Origin: Eledone cirrhosa
Taxonomy: Eukaryota
Direction: 5' to 3'
NCBI GenBank assembly: GCA_964016885.1
Contig: CAXHJY010000065.1
Location: 1 to 64,000, forward strand
Length of the DNA: 64,000 nt
In this document: positions 36,938-48,548 of the stretch, one piece after another
Layout: each line of letters starts with the position of its first letter
Position numbering within the stretch: the first letter of the stretch is position 1
Program-made: the position numbers and the translations under genes
Notes under the pieces: generated by a model
Databases searched by the model: none
What the model was told of the DNA's origin: nothing
The model's input: the letters and a program-made list of their open reading frames with translations, nothing else

Positions 36938-39915
36938 ATCATCATCACCGTTTTATGTCCGTTCTTCCACGCTAGCATGGGTTAGACGGGTTGTCCTGTT
37001 GTGGGCAGTGTCTGGTCGGCTGACCATGCCTTGCTCATACAGGAACTGATTTGGCTTGATTTCTACAGCTGGATGCCCTTCGTAACACCAACCTCATTTA
37101 CAGTGAGTGCTGGGTGCTTTTTCGTGGCGCCTACATGTCCACTTTACAGTGTGGGCTGGGTGCTTTTTTGCCGTGGCACCTCCACGACCACCTTGCAGTG
37201 GGGGGTGTGGGGGCATATTGTCTATATGCTTCAGCTTGTACCCAGAGGTGTAGTTGGGTAAGGTCGGCTTTTATCACCTCATCCCAGCTCATCTTGGGTC
37301 TCCCCACTCCGCGGTTTCCATCGACTTCTAGTGCTCTGCACCTTTTTATGCAGCTGTCATCCTTCATACGCATCACATGTCCATACCAGCGCAACCACCT
37401 CTCCTGCACACAACATTTGATTCCTCTTATGCTCAGTCTCTCTCACAATTCATTTATGGTTTGTCGTTCGCGTATATTACTGTTACACATCCATCGGAGT
37501 ATGCAGGCTTCGTTTCTCTCTAATCTACGTAAGTCTTCTACAGACAGCGCCCAGGTCTCACTACCATGCAACATCGCTGTTCGGATACACGCATCATACA
37601 GTCTGCCTTTTATTTTGAGGGAGAAGCCTTTTGCAGCTAGCAGTGGTAGTAGTTCCCTAAACTTCTTCCATCCCGTTCTTACCCTAGTTATTTTACTTTC
37701 TGGACACCCACCTCCGCTGCTAATTCGGTCACCTAGGTAGCAGAAGCTGTCTACTGTTTCTACAGAGCCCTCCCAGAGATTGGTGGTACTTGTTTCCTGT
37801 GGCTGTTTGCTGCTTGCTGTCCCAGCACAGCTGCTGCATGTGAAGCCTACATTCTTAATTAAGCTTCCTGAGATCCCGCTACATCTCTTGTGTACCCATT
37901 GTTTGCATTTGGGCAGAGAATGGAGTCCCTACCTACACATTTCCTTCATACTGAACAAGGCCATTTCCCTGAGTGGATCTGGGTTCTGTCTTCTCATCTA
38001 CTTACAAGGACAAATGCCAGGTAGAGTGGCTTACTTTTAGCTAGGTACTTTTCCTGTAACTGCCTGACAAGGAAGAGGGCATCAGGGGTGCCTCTTCCTG
38101 GTACAAACCCAAATTGCATCTCGTCTAGTTTCACCCGGTCCCTAATCAACTGTGCTATAACTCTTTCTGTTACTTTCATGACCTGGCCCATCAGCTTTAT
38201 ACCTCTATAGTTTCCTCTATCTAGTGCATCACCTTTACCTTTGTAGCAGTTGACAATGATGCTACTGCACCAATCTTTTGGTATGACACCTTCTAGTATT
38301 ACCTGGTTAACAATACGTGTGGTTATAGTGTGACCTACAGACCCAGATGCCTTCAGCATCTCGGCAGCTATACCCGATGGACCGGTTGCCTTCCCCATCT
38401 TCATATCTTTGATTGCCTTACTTACTACGCTGCTGCTGACTTGTACTGCTGGCCCCTCTATAGGGTCTACTTGGGGTAGGGTCTCTTCTTCCCATGCATT
38501 CTCCTCATTTAGTAATCTATCATAATTGTTTCTACTTTTGGCACAAGGCCAGCAATTATCCCAGTGCATTACTGGTACTTTATTTTATCGACCCCGTAAA
38601 GATGAAAGGCAAAGTGAACCTCGGCGGGATTTGAACTCAGATCGTAAAGGGACGTAACTATGCTTGAAAGCATGGCGTCCGACCCTCTACCGATACTGCC
38701 AGTCCACCGACTCTTCCATGCATCTTTCTTCTCAGCACTTGTGAGGGCAAACTCACCTTTATCATTCCGGATACACTTCTCTCCAATGACATCACAATTC
38801 TCTCTGACACACTGCCTCGCAATCTTGAATACCTCCTGTTTCTGGTCATCACGTTGCAAAACATGCTTGAATTTTCTATCATCTGCTTCCCTCCTAGCTA
38901 AGTATACTTGTCGCCTAGCTTCCCTCTTGGTCTCTATGTAATGTACCCTGCTCCCCCAGTTCTTCCATTCTTTCCATGCCTGTCTCTTGGCCTTAACTGC
39001 CTCATCTACTTTATTGTTCCACCACCAAGTCACTCTCCTCCTGCTTGAGGTCTTACTCCAGCCATAGACCTCATCCGTCGCCTCTAGTAAGTTATTTTTT
39101 AGGAACTCCCAGTTCTCTTCTACATCGAATGTCTCTATCTGTTCTTCTTTACTGTCGTAGGCGTTGAGTTAAATATCTTTAAATCTGTTACTAGTTGAGG
39201 GGTCTTTCAGCTTCCAGATCTTTCTTTTCCAGGTTCGCCTCTGTTTCCAGGTTTGTCTAGTTCTGACTGTGAGGTCGCTGACAACTAAGCTATGTTGGGA
39301 TGTACATTCCTCACTAGAGAAGGCTTTTGTGTTTACGACCGTCCATCTGTCACGTCCTCTGATGAGGATAAAATCTATCTGACTAGCGTGCTCCCCTGAT
39401 CTATAGGTGATCAGGTGGTTGTCGGGTTTTTTAAAGTTTGTGTTACATATCGACATGTCATTGGCGTCGCAGAATTCTTGAAGTCTGAATCCTTCCTCAT
39501 TTCTTGTGCCAACCCCATGGCCTCCATGTACTCTATTGAAGCCGTCGCAGTGTTTACCTACGTGTCCGTTAAAATCTCCTGCGATGATTAGGAAGTCATT
39601 GTCGTCTGTTAGAGCAGTAGTGTGCATTAAGGACTCGTAAAACCTATCCTTAAGTTCGTCTGGCAGCCCCGATTGGAGTGCGTAAGCTGATATTATTGTG
39701 GTAATTGTTTTATTCAGGACTAGTCTGAGTTTAATGATTCTTGCATTTACCCTGTACACTGAGATTACTTTATCTACCCACTTGTCAGCTAGTAGTATAC
39801 CTACACCAACCATCCCATCGTCATTTCCCACCCAGAAAAATTTGTAGCACCGACCTTTTCCTACAAGGACTCTAGCAGACTCTCCTCTCCATCTAGTCTT
39901 TCGCACACAGCATAC
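36938..39915 (-). mobile_element. RTE LINE copy E, disrupted by a SINE insertion, an RT-core deletion near 38010 and a 3' deletion near 37240
   Basis: APE ORF 39169-39906; RT ORFs 38569-39033 and 37994-38569. The LAFV|LVSR junction lacks the KAFD...YADD region. The 3' part is closely similar to copy C. Confidence 0.95.
38521..38708 (-). mobile_element. Complete tRNA-derived SINE (Nin/Deu-like central domain) nested in RTE copy E
   Basis: A-box TGGCAGTATCGG, B-box GAGTTCAAATCC, then CTTTGCCTTTCATCTTTACGGGGTCGATAAAATAAAGTACCAG and an ATT tail. It interrupts the WKS|HYDRLLNE codons of the RTE. Confidence 0.9.
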
Positions 39916-40007
39916 ATTATGTTGTGTGGTGCATTTACCTCTGGGTAAGAAGTGTTGGGTAATAATGGTAGTAATAATAATGACAATATCATTAAGAATA
40001 GATTAAC

Positions 40008-40053
<46 letters not shown>

Positions 40054-40213
40054 GATAGTACTAATGGGAACTTCCCATATACTAAGTCTAAACACCTAAA
40101 GATGCATGTGTATGTATGTTCTTTCTTGAATATGGCGGACCTTGTTGTCTCTTGAGGTCACTGGTTGTGACTTGGTGATAACTCGTATGAACATAAAGCA
40201 AGATAAATGCAAC

Positions 40214-40214
<1 letters not shown>

Positions 40215-40246
<32 letters not shown>

Positions 40247-41000
40247 TTCTTTATTCATTATTGGCCACAAGGGCCAAACATAGAGGACAATTCAAAGACA
40301 AGGGACAGTGGGGATTTACATATATTCGAGTAAAAATTATAAACAAAAACAATTAACAAAAAATATCAACAACAGAATTCCCCAATCAGGTGGCATATCA
40401 CCAGGGCTGATGCTAGGAACCCCACAAATCCCAACCCACTCTCATCTCCACGAGCACCCTACAGCCGCATGTTCAGAGTAGGACCATTCGCATGGGCCAT
40501 CCTCACAGCAATTATCCACATTTAAAAAAAATGATCTGGGGGGCAGCATTTCTCTCTTCACCCTTATCTTCCTTTCCAAGTGGAACTTGAAAAAGTTGAT
40601 GAGGGCTTTGCCGAAAAGGAAAGTGTCTGTCTTCAGACCTTTCAGTCTCATCCACCACACAACCTCTTTTACTACAACAATCAGACAGAAGAAAATTGTC
40701 TGCTCTTCCCCGCCAAAAGAAAGCGGCAGGGCAATCTTCACTATGGATTCAGTCAATAGCTGGATTGGTCACACACACAATAACAGCTGTTCGACATAAC
40801 TCTATAAGTCAGCAATACATAGGCACTGGACAAGTGGGTGCAAAACAGTTTTGTTGCTCTGCGCACATCAGACAGCTCTATCTGATAGCACTACCATGCC
40901 TATAGTGTTTATCTCAAACCAGCATGGCTACCCAGTAGCACTGCCAATCGAGAGATTTCAGGAAATTGACCATAGTGCTTGGCTCGAAATAGTAATAATA
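40215..41000 (-). pseudogene. Tx1/L1-type LINE 3' fragment with (ATT)n tail
   Basis: CCHC-like knuckle remnant at ~40825-40875; ORF ...VVKEVVWWMRLKGLKTDTFL...; AATAAAGAA then (ATT)n. Homologous to 51600-52700. Confidence 0.6.
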
Positions 41001-43049
41001 CAATTAATGCTGTATATATATGTAGTTTTGGAAGGATATGATGGCAACCATATGTAAGACAAATATAAAGTGAAGCATGTATAGTATAGATTCATAAATA
41101 AACATTGATTATATAAGTATATGTCCACATCAAAGAGTACCACATGAAATAAAATGGATGGTGCTCGATAAGTCAATGCATATATCAATGGAATTAAAAG
41201 ATGCTTACTCTGCCTCAGTGAAAAATTTAGGATTTTTCAAGTACTGTACTTACCAAACAAGTGTCTTAACTCCAAATTTGAGAGTTTTAGACATCAGTTT
41301 GCATCTGAAAAGCCATCTCCTGTCCAACTAGAATCCCATGCTCAAAATGTTCCATCATCTGAACGACTAACTGCTTCATGCACTTATTTTCTGTCTCCTA
41401 TACACATGGAAAAACGCACATATAACAGATCCCTAAGTGCACACACACACAGTTTGGATAGTATTAAAAGCACAGATTACGCTTTGCCATTATTTAAATT
41501 CACACTAAATATGTTAATACGTAATCATTTATATAATAAATAGGGTGTTGCTACTGCTTCTGCTACTGCTACATCATCATCATCATCATCATCATCATCA
41601 TTAACATAAACAGATATATATAGTATCTATTCTTAGTAGATACCGGTATGTTTATAAACATATATTCATACACACAGAAATATACAAATATTCTTACATC
41701 AACATACACATACACACATATATTGAATATTTTTACATTATATTTTCTATTGTTTTAGATTTTCATTGATTGGTAGAAAATATATCACGTCACATAAGAA
41801 TCAATATTTTCTGAAATTCCTCTATGCTTGCTATTTACGAAAGTGACATTTAAGCTAGAGAAATATCTTATGCTACCACCCAGTTCATTGTACTAAACTA
41901 AAATACATTGACCATATACTCTGTTTAACACAGAGACAATGGATTCTATTTGACAAGGAGAAATAACTACTTTTAAATGTATCTACATATCCCTTTCATA
42001 AATCACAGGGAAGATATGTTTGTTTATGATTACATCAGTGTTTGTCTTTTTCTTTTTTCTCTTTTGAGTTTTAAATTTTATCTCATTTTTCTAAGTACAT
42101 TTTTAAATTTGGTAGTGGTTCAAGGTTTATATATTGTGATTTTGTTTATAAATTTCAGCTTTGCATTCTATTTGGAAAGTCATAGATCATACATTTTAGC
42201 ATCAACATAAATGTATGTTAAAATCATTCATTTGAGGATGAATGATATGAGTTAAAGAGAATTCTGGAAGAAAAATATCTGAAACTGAACTTAAAATAGA
42301 ACTAATTATGAAAAGTCAGCTTTGAATTACGGTAGTGGGGGAATTGATTAAATTCAATGTTTTACCTTTAAGAAGCTAATGATGGCTAAATAAAAAATTT
42401 AGAATAAATAGAATAAAATAGAATAAAATAAAATTCTTATTTAATCTTTGCAATTTACTTTCAAAGAGAATTTTGTATTTGAAATTACTTCCGCTAGTTG
42501 ATTTCTTTAAATTTGTTCCCTTATAAATGGTTAAAGCAATTTCTTTTCCTTCATTCTTTTCTTTGTTGCATACTAGGGGAACTTTAATGTGTAGAATAGA
42601 AAGAGCTAGTAAATTTAGGTAATTTATGATTTGGCAACAAATGTATGACATTGCCCTTTACTGAAAACTTAGGGCAGATTTTTTTTTTCATAAGTAATTT
42701 TTATTTTGATTAAGCAATTATTGTGATTATGATGAGGATGAGGCAAAGATCTGGGAGATTACTTTTAAAGATTGCAGATTTATTACTTCATTAAATATAT
42801 TTGAATATTGCATTTAATTTTTTAAATATATGTGTATAAATCACTAATGACTAATATGTTGACTGATCTTTCACACATGCACACATCTCCTCCAACACCA
42901 AAACACCCTGGCAGATATTTGTAGACACTATCATAAACATATGTGCAAAACACACCCCAACAAGACCTGTGAACAAAACTATTCTCAGAAAACTAAAAAG
43001 AACAAACAAAAAAAATCAACAAATTAAAATACTGCCAACAACAACACAC

Positions 43050-43610
43050 TGCTGTACACTGCTCAAATAAAACATAATCTCCAACAACACATGAAGACTA
43101 TCATAAATAACTAAAGAACAGCTGAAGAAGAATGAGCTATTGAGTAAATCAAAATCAATCCCAAAGTGTTATTTTCCTTTGCCAAAAAACACAAGATCTT
43201 TACTGTTGGCCCTCTGATTGATGAAAATGGTACTCTTCAAGACAATTCGAAAATGGCAGAAACAATACTGCTGTTTTCAGCAATGCTGATATGGCTGAAC
43301 AGGGCTGTTTCGGTGATGTTAATCCCCAACACACTATATTGAACATAATGTTTGGTGCCCCTGATGTTTTAGCAGCAATAAACAACATTAAAGACAACTC
43401 AGTAGAAGGTCCTGATAGGTTCCCTAGTGTTGTGAAAGTGTGTCAACACCAACTTGCATCTCCTCTAGCTAATCTGTAGTGGAACTTACTAGACACTAGC
43501 TATATACCTGAAAACTCTCTGTCTCAGTCTGTTGTCCCAGGTTTCAAAAAGGGGAAGAAGTCCTTTGCAGTGAATTACTGTCTGATCAAACTCGCATCTC
43601 GTAACAAGTT
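43050..43610 (+). pseudogene. CR1/L2-group LINE RT N-terminal fragment
   Basis: DVLAAINNIKDNSVEGPDRFP...LASPLANL*...VVPGFKKGKKSFAVNYCLIKLAS (RT regions 0-1). Confidence 0.65.
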
Positions 43611-43841
43611 AGACATAGCCTGGCCCAATACTGGCTGAAGCCTATCAAAGTTAAGTATTTATCAAGAAAGCCAACTGCATATAAATACAACCGTATTACA
43701 ATGACAGTTAGCTTTGTTGATGATTTCTTTTAAATGAAACAGTTCTGGTCCTGTATTGAGTACTTTACTTACTGTGGTCACCCCCGATTGAACCTGGGAC
43801 TCTCACACACGCACATATATACACACACACACATATATATA

Positions 43842-43873
<32 letters not shown>

Positions 43874-43879
43874 CAAAGT

Positions 43880-44052
43880 AAACACTGTAAATGAGGTTGG
43901 TGTTAGGAAGGGCATCCAGCTGTAGAAATCAAGCCAAATCAGTTCCTATATGAGCAAGGCATGGTCAGCCGACCAGATACTGCCCACAACAGGACAACCC
44001 GTCTAACCCATGCTAGCGTGGAAGAACGGACGTAAAACGGTGATGATGATGA
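43880..44052 (+). mobile_element. RTE/SINE 3' terminal fragment
   Basis: Near-identical to the reverse complement of 23536-23712 and to 47395-47570. Confidence 0.8.
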
Positions 44053-44195
44053 TATATATATACAAAGGTTATATTTAATTTGTTGGAATTCAACAAACTT
44101 AAAAGTTTTTTAACTGATATAAAGCACTCAACAAATTAGTGGAGTAAATATTCAATATATTAATAAATGGAAACTATATTTATAAAACCATAATT

Positions 44196-44259
44196 ATTTT
44201 ATTATATATATTTCAAGGGCAACCAAGGCAAATTTTGGTGTGCTTTCATCAGATAAAAT
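44196..44259 (-). ncRNA. Type I hammerhead ribozyme (family D, inverted copy)
   Basis: Exact reverse complement of 44348-44411. Confidence 0.7.
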
Positions 44260-44347
44260 ACAAAATTTGTTTTATAAATGTTGACATACCCGCAAAAGAA
44301 CAACCTTGATGGTTGGAGGTTCGCTGGATAGTAATAACAAATTTTGT

Positions 44348-44411
44348 ATTTTATCTGATGAAAGCACACCAAAATTTGCCTTGGTTGCCCTTGAAATATA
44401 TATAATAAAAT
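44348..44411 (+). ncRNA. Type I hammerhead ribozyme (family D)
   Basis: ATTTTAT-CTGATGA-AAGCACACCAA-AATTTGCC-TTGGTTGCCCTT-GAAAT-ATAT-ATA/ATAAAAT. Perfect 7-bp stem I, palindromic stem III, predicted AUA cleavage after 44404. Confidence 0.75.
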
Positions 44412-44477
44412 AATTATGGTTTTATAAATATAATTTCCATTTATTAATATAATGAATATATATATATATGTATATAT

Positions 44478-45470
44478 CATCATCATCGTCGTCGTTTAAC
44501 GTCCATCTTCCACGCTAGCATGGGTTAGATGGTTTTGTTCCATTTGATGCGGGAATGGTTGGGAACCATGTCTCGCTCACATGGAAGCGTCTCTGGCAGG
44601 TCTTTTTACAGCTGTATGTCCTTCCTAACACCAACCACATTTACAGTGTGGACTGGGAGCCTTTTCACCGTGTCTCCTACACGGCCACCTTACAGTGTGG
44701 ACTGTTGTGTCATCGATAGAGTGGATGGAACAGGAGAGGGTGGTGGGATATACATTGAGTTAAGAGGTGCTTACTGACTGTAGGTTTGTATGCAATGGTA
44801 GTAGGGTCTTCTGTACAACTGCATGGTGCCAAAGGTCTCAATCCAGTGTCATTGTCTTAGAGAGGTGTAGGTGGGCAAGGTCAGTTTATATCACCTCGTC
44901 CCAGGTTTTTCTTGGTCTACCCACTCTGCAGCTTCTATCAATTTTCATTGTCCTGCACTTTTTTATACAGCCGTCACATTTGCATACCAATGCAATCTCT
45001 TCTCTAGAACACAACATTTGATACTTTTTATGCTTAGTCTCCTTCTTAGTTCGTTTATGCTTCGCCTTTCGCGCACATTACTATTACACGTTCATCGGAG
45101 CATGCAAGCTTCATTTCTTTCTAATCTACGCAAGTCTTCAGCACACAATGCCCAAGTCTCACTACCATGCAATCTGCCTTTCATTTTTAGAGAAAAACCC
45201 CTTGTGACCAACAGCAGTATTAGCTCTCTGAACTCTTTCCATCCCGTTCTAACTCTGGCTACTACACTTTCAGAACACCCTCCTACACTGCTGATTTTGT
45301 CACCCAGGTAACGGAAGGTGTCTACTACTTCTATAGAACCATCTGGGCAGTTGAAGAAGATATCATCCAGTGGGTCCTTGTTACTTGCATCTGAGCATCA
45401 GACACATATAAAATCTACATTCTTAGATAGCTTACATCTGATCCCACTTCATCTTTTATGTACCCATATT
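44478..45470 (-). mobile_element. RTE LINE copy F, 5'-truncated within the PHD finger, degenerate
   Basis: WVHKR*SGIR...IEVVDTFRYLGDKIS...RLERNEACMLR, followed by the 3' UTR module and (GAT)n. Confidence 0.88.
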
Positions 45471-47122
45471 ATCTTACAACTGTTTTTCATGCTGGGATGG
45501 GTTGGATGGGTTGGAATTGTCTGAGCCTAGATAAGTTGTGGGACCACATCTTGCTCACTTATTCCATTTTTCCTGGGTTTCTACAGCTGGATGCCTTTCC
45601 TAATGCCAACTATCTTATAGAGTGTACTAGGGGTATATCATATTTTATTCAATTATAGATCATACTCATTGGACTGGGGCTAAACTGGAGTATCAACTTC
45701 AAGGTCTTTAACTCCAGTACCAACTTCATTGAACTGTAATAATTTAAATATTGTCATAGAAAGAAACAACTCAACACACTATATTGGTATACAGACATAA
45801 ATATACACATAAATACACACATAAAATTTATATCTGAAATTGTTTGCTTCCTAAATGCAGAAAATGACTGTATTTAGAATCAATCACTATAGGGAGTAAT
45901 TGAGAAAATTGAGTAAATTACTTTAAAGATAGAAAAAAATGGACAGAAGCATCTATGAAGAACCATACCTTATATCTTCTGAAAATCTTGTGTGTGTGTT
46001 AACACCCTCTTCTGAAAATCTTGTGTTATTTTGAGATGCTATATAGCATGGAGTTGAAATGTACCTAGAATTAAACAAGCTATATAAATTGACAAAGCAC
46101 TGAAATTATTTGAAATTTTACATTTTTTAAATGTAAACATTTCAAATGCAGAAAAGGAGTTGAATAACAGTTAATCATGAGAGATAATAGTTGAAAAACC
46201 CTTTAAGACAAAAAAACTGGACAGATGTGCCTATGAGGAATCAAACGCCGAATTCTTTGAATATCATGCAAGTGTGTTAACCATTATCTACAAGAATGAT
46301 AATCATATGTAATCAATCCTTTTGAGAAAAGTGATTTGTTTAGCCAGTATACCTACTTTGCAAGAAATCTTCTTCTGTACTTGCACACACAGCTACATTT
46401 CAATGGTTCCAATGTTAACAACCACCCTTAGCTGTCGTATTACTCTCAAAAGGGAAGAATATATACTTCTGGAGCAAAAATAAATAACTAACTCTTTCTC
46501 TCTCTCTCTCTCACACACACTCAGTATCTCTCTTTCTCTGTCCCTTGTACACCAATTCAATCTCTCTCTCTCTCTCTCTCTCTCATATGCCTGCAGCTTT
46601 TGAAAACTTTGCCAAATTGGCAAAATGCCAAATAGAAGTGATATCTGGCAAATAAGCCTTTTTTCAATGTTTTTGTTTCTCATAAATTTGAAAAATAAAG
46701 TGAATTTGTCTGAAATAAAATGTAGTGAATTTTGGTTTTCTTTCATTTATTCATTATTTTCTTATATTTAAAAGATCTCAGATGAAATACAAACATCAAT
46801 AATATCAATACTAGCCTACTTTAATGCAGACCATTTTTGTATATCTTTGAATTAAGGAAGTGATATAAAATAACATCCAGTTGAAGATGCTTAGAAATGC
46901 TAATAACAGAGTTGAAAACTATACATATTCTCAAACTGTATGGCACTGGCATTGCACACCAGTATAAAAACAAAATGTTATAATTATCTATAATTCAAAA
47001 TATTTTAAGTATTTTGTATTCTTCCCTAAATATATAGTGAGACACTCCTGGATGAATCAACAACAGCTTATGATGCACTGTTTAACCCTTTATCATTTAC
47101 ATTACCTTTAGCATTTACATTA

Positions 47123-47572
47123 GGTGAAGGTGCATGGCTTAGTGGTTAAAGCATTGGGCTTGCAATCAAAAGGTTGTGAGTTCAATTCTCAAACCGGGAG
47201 ATGTGTTGTTTCCTTGAGCAAGACACTTTATTTTCACATTGCTTCAGTTTACTCAGTTGTATAAATGAGATGACAGGACTGGGGTCCCTCTCATTCCACT
47301 GCAAGGCGATCGTGGAGGTGCCACGGCAAAAAAGCACCCAGCTCACACTGTAAAGTGGACGTGTAAGCGCTACGGAAAAAAAGCACCCAGCACTTACTGT
47401 AAATGAGGTTGGTGTTAGGAAGGGCATCCAGCTGTAGAATTCAAGCCAGAATCAGTTCCTGTATGAGCAAGACAAGGTCAGCCGACCAGACACTACCCAC
47501 AACAGAACAACCCGTCTAACCCATGCTAGCATGGAAGAACGGACGTAAAACGGTGATGATGATGATGATGAT
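47123..47572 (+). mobile_element. Complete composite SINE: tRNA head + CORE-like domain + duplicated RTE-UTR module + RTE 3' tail
   Basis: A-box TGGCTTAGTGG, B-box GAGTTCAATTC, TCCTTGAGCAAGACACTT, two GGTGCCACG...GCACCCAG...CTGTAAA-type units, and a tail matching the RTE copy C/E 3' end with (GAT)n. Confidence 0.85.
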
Positions 47573-47880
47573 AATTACTCTATATATACTATTATATTTT
47601 CACTGTAAAGTCTTTACCTCACACAATTATTTCATATAATATCGAATCTATGAGATTTTGATATTATTTATTTTGAGAGCAATACCATAACATCAATATG
47701 AGTGGTCAGTTACAGCCAGTTTGAACAGGAAGAGGACATGGCAAGTTTAAATGCTAAAGGGTTTTAGCAGAAGAAGAAGAATTATAACAATAATAATAGT
47801 ATCAACAATAATGATATTTATAATAATGGTAATATGGTTTTTGTTAAGCTAAAGTATAGCAGTTAGAGGCTTAGTTTTAA

Positions 47881-48548
47881 TGTAATGGTTTGTTAAGTGT
47901 GAGAGAATTGAATGTTTATGGAATAAGTTGTAAAGTCTTCATTAACAGTTTTACACGTTTTTATTCACAACTAATTACAACGAGTTATGTTGAGTTGACA
48001 TGTCAAACAAAGGGATAAATAAATTAAGAGTTAAGAAGTGAATGTGACATTGTGCCAGGCCTAAGGAGGCTGACAGGCCAAAGTGAAGATCTCACTGTTA
48101 CATAATAATGTCCTTTCCTTTCAACGTCCAAGCAGTAAGAGAGAGTATATCAAAAGAAGCGGGAAAATCTTTGCTTGGGCGGAAGTTGGTAATATATATT
48201 TGTGTGCGGCTCACAATTGGCCTTACTTAGCCAAATCATGCACGAATAGTTTATAAATGTGCCAAAGGGAAGTAGCTTTCTACAGGGTTAAATCAGAAAT
48301 ATCAATCCCTTTCACCCAGTAGTATCTAAGAAATTACCAAGTTATATATTTATTAGCCATCTAGCTTGTCTGCAGCCTAGGGGTTGAGGCCAGTACAAGA
48401 ACATAGTAAACAAAAGACTTCTCATTAGTTATATAAGTGTGTATGTGCACACTCCTTCCAGCAGTTCCTGGGTAATTACAGGATACCATCTATTGAATCA
48501 TTTGATGGTTGGGTAGTAAGCTGATATTTCTTAATAATATATCTTACA
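47881..48548 (-). mobile_element. Possible solo LTR
   Basis: TGTAA...TTACA termini. Minus-strand TATATAA (~48430) lies upstream of AATAAA (~47962). No clear target-site duplication. Confidence 0.3.

Larger units (their letters stand above)
44065..44452. mobile_element. Fold-back element, family D, with complete hammerheads on both arms
   Basis: Arms ~44157-44272 and ~44335-44450 in inverted orientation. Left-only tail; TA flanks. Confidence 0.8.

Noticed and set aside
41247-41360. Minus-strand GTAAGT donor with upstream CAG acceptors
   Set aside because: Frames are short or interrupted by stops and match no recognisable protein; it cannot be supported without RNA data.
12057-45524. Many 60-200 aa ORFs antisense to the RTE copies
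   Set aside because: Shadow ORFs of the RTE coding strand; their ends are not conserved between copies.
46225-46290. tRNA-like A/B boxes on the minus strand
   Set aside because: No cloverleaf can be formed; at most a decayed SINE head, not a tRNA gene.
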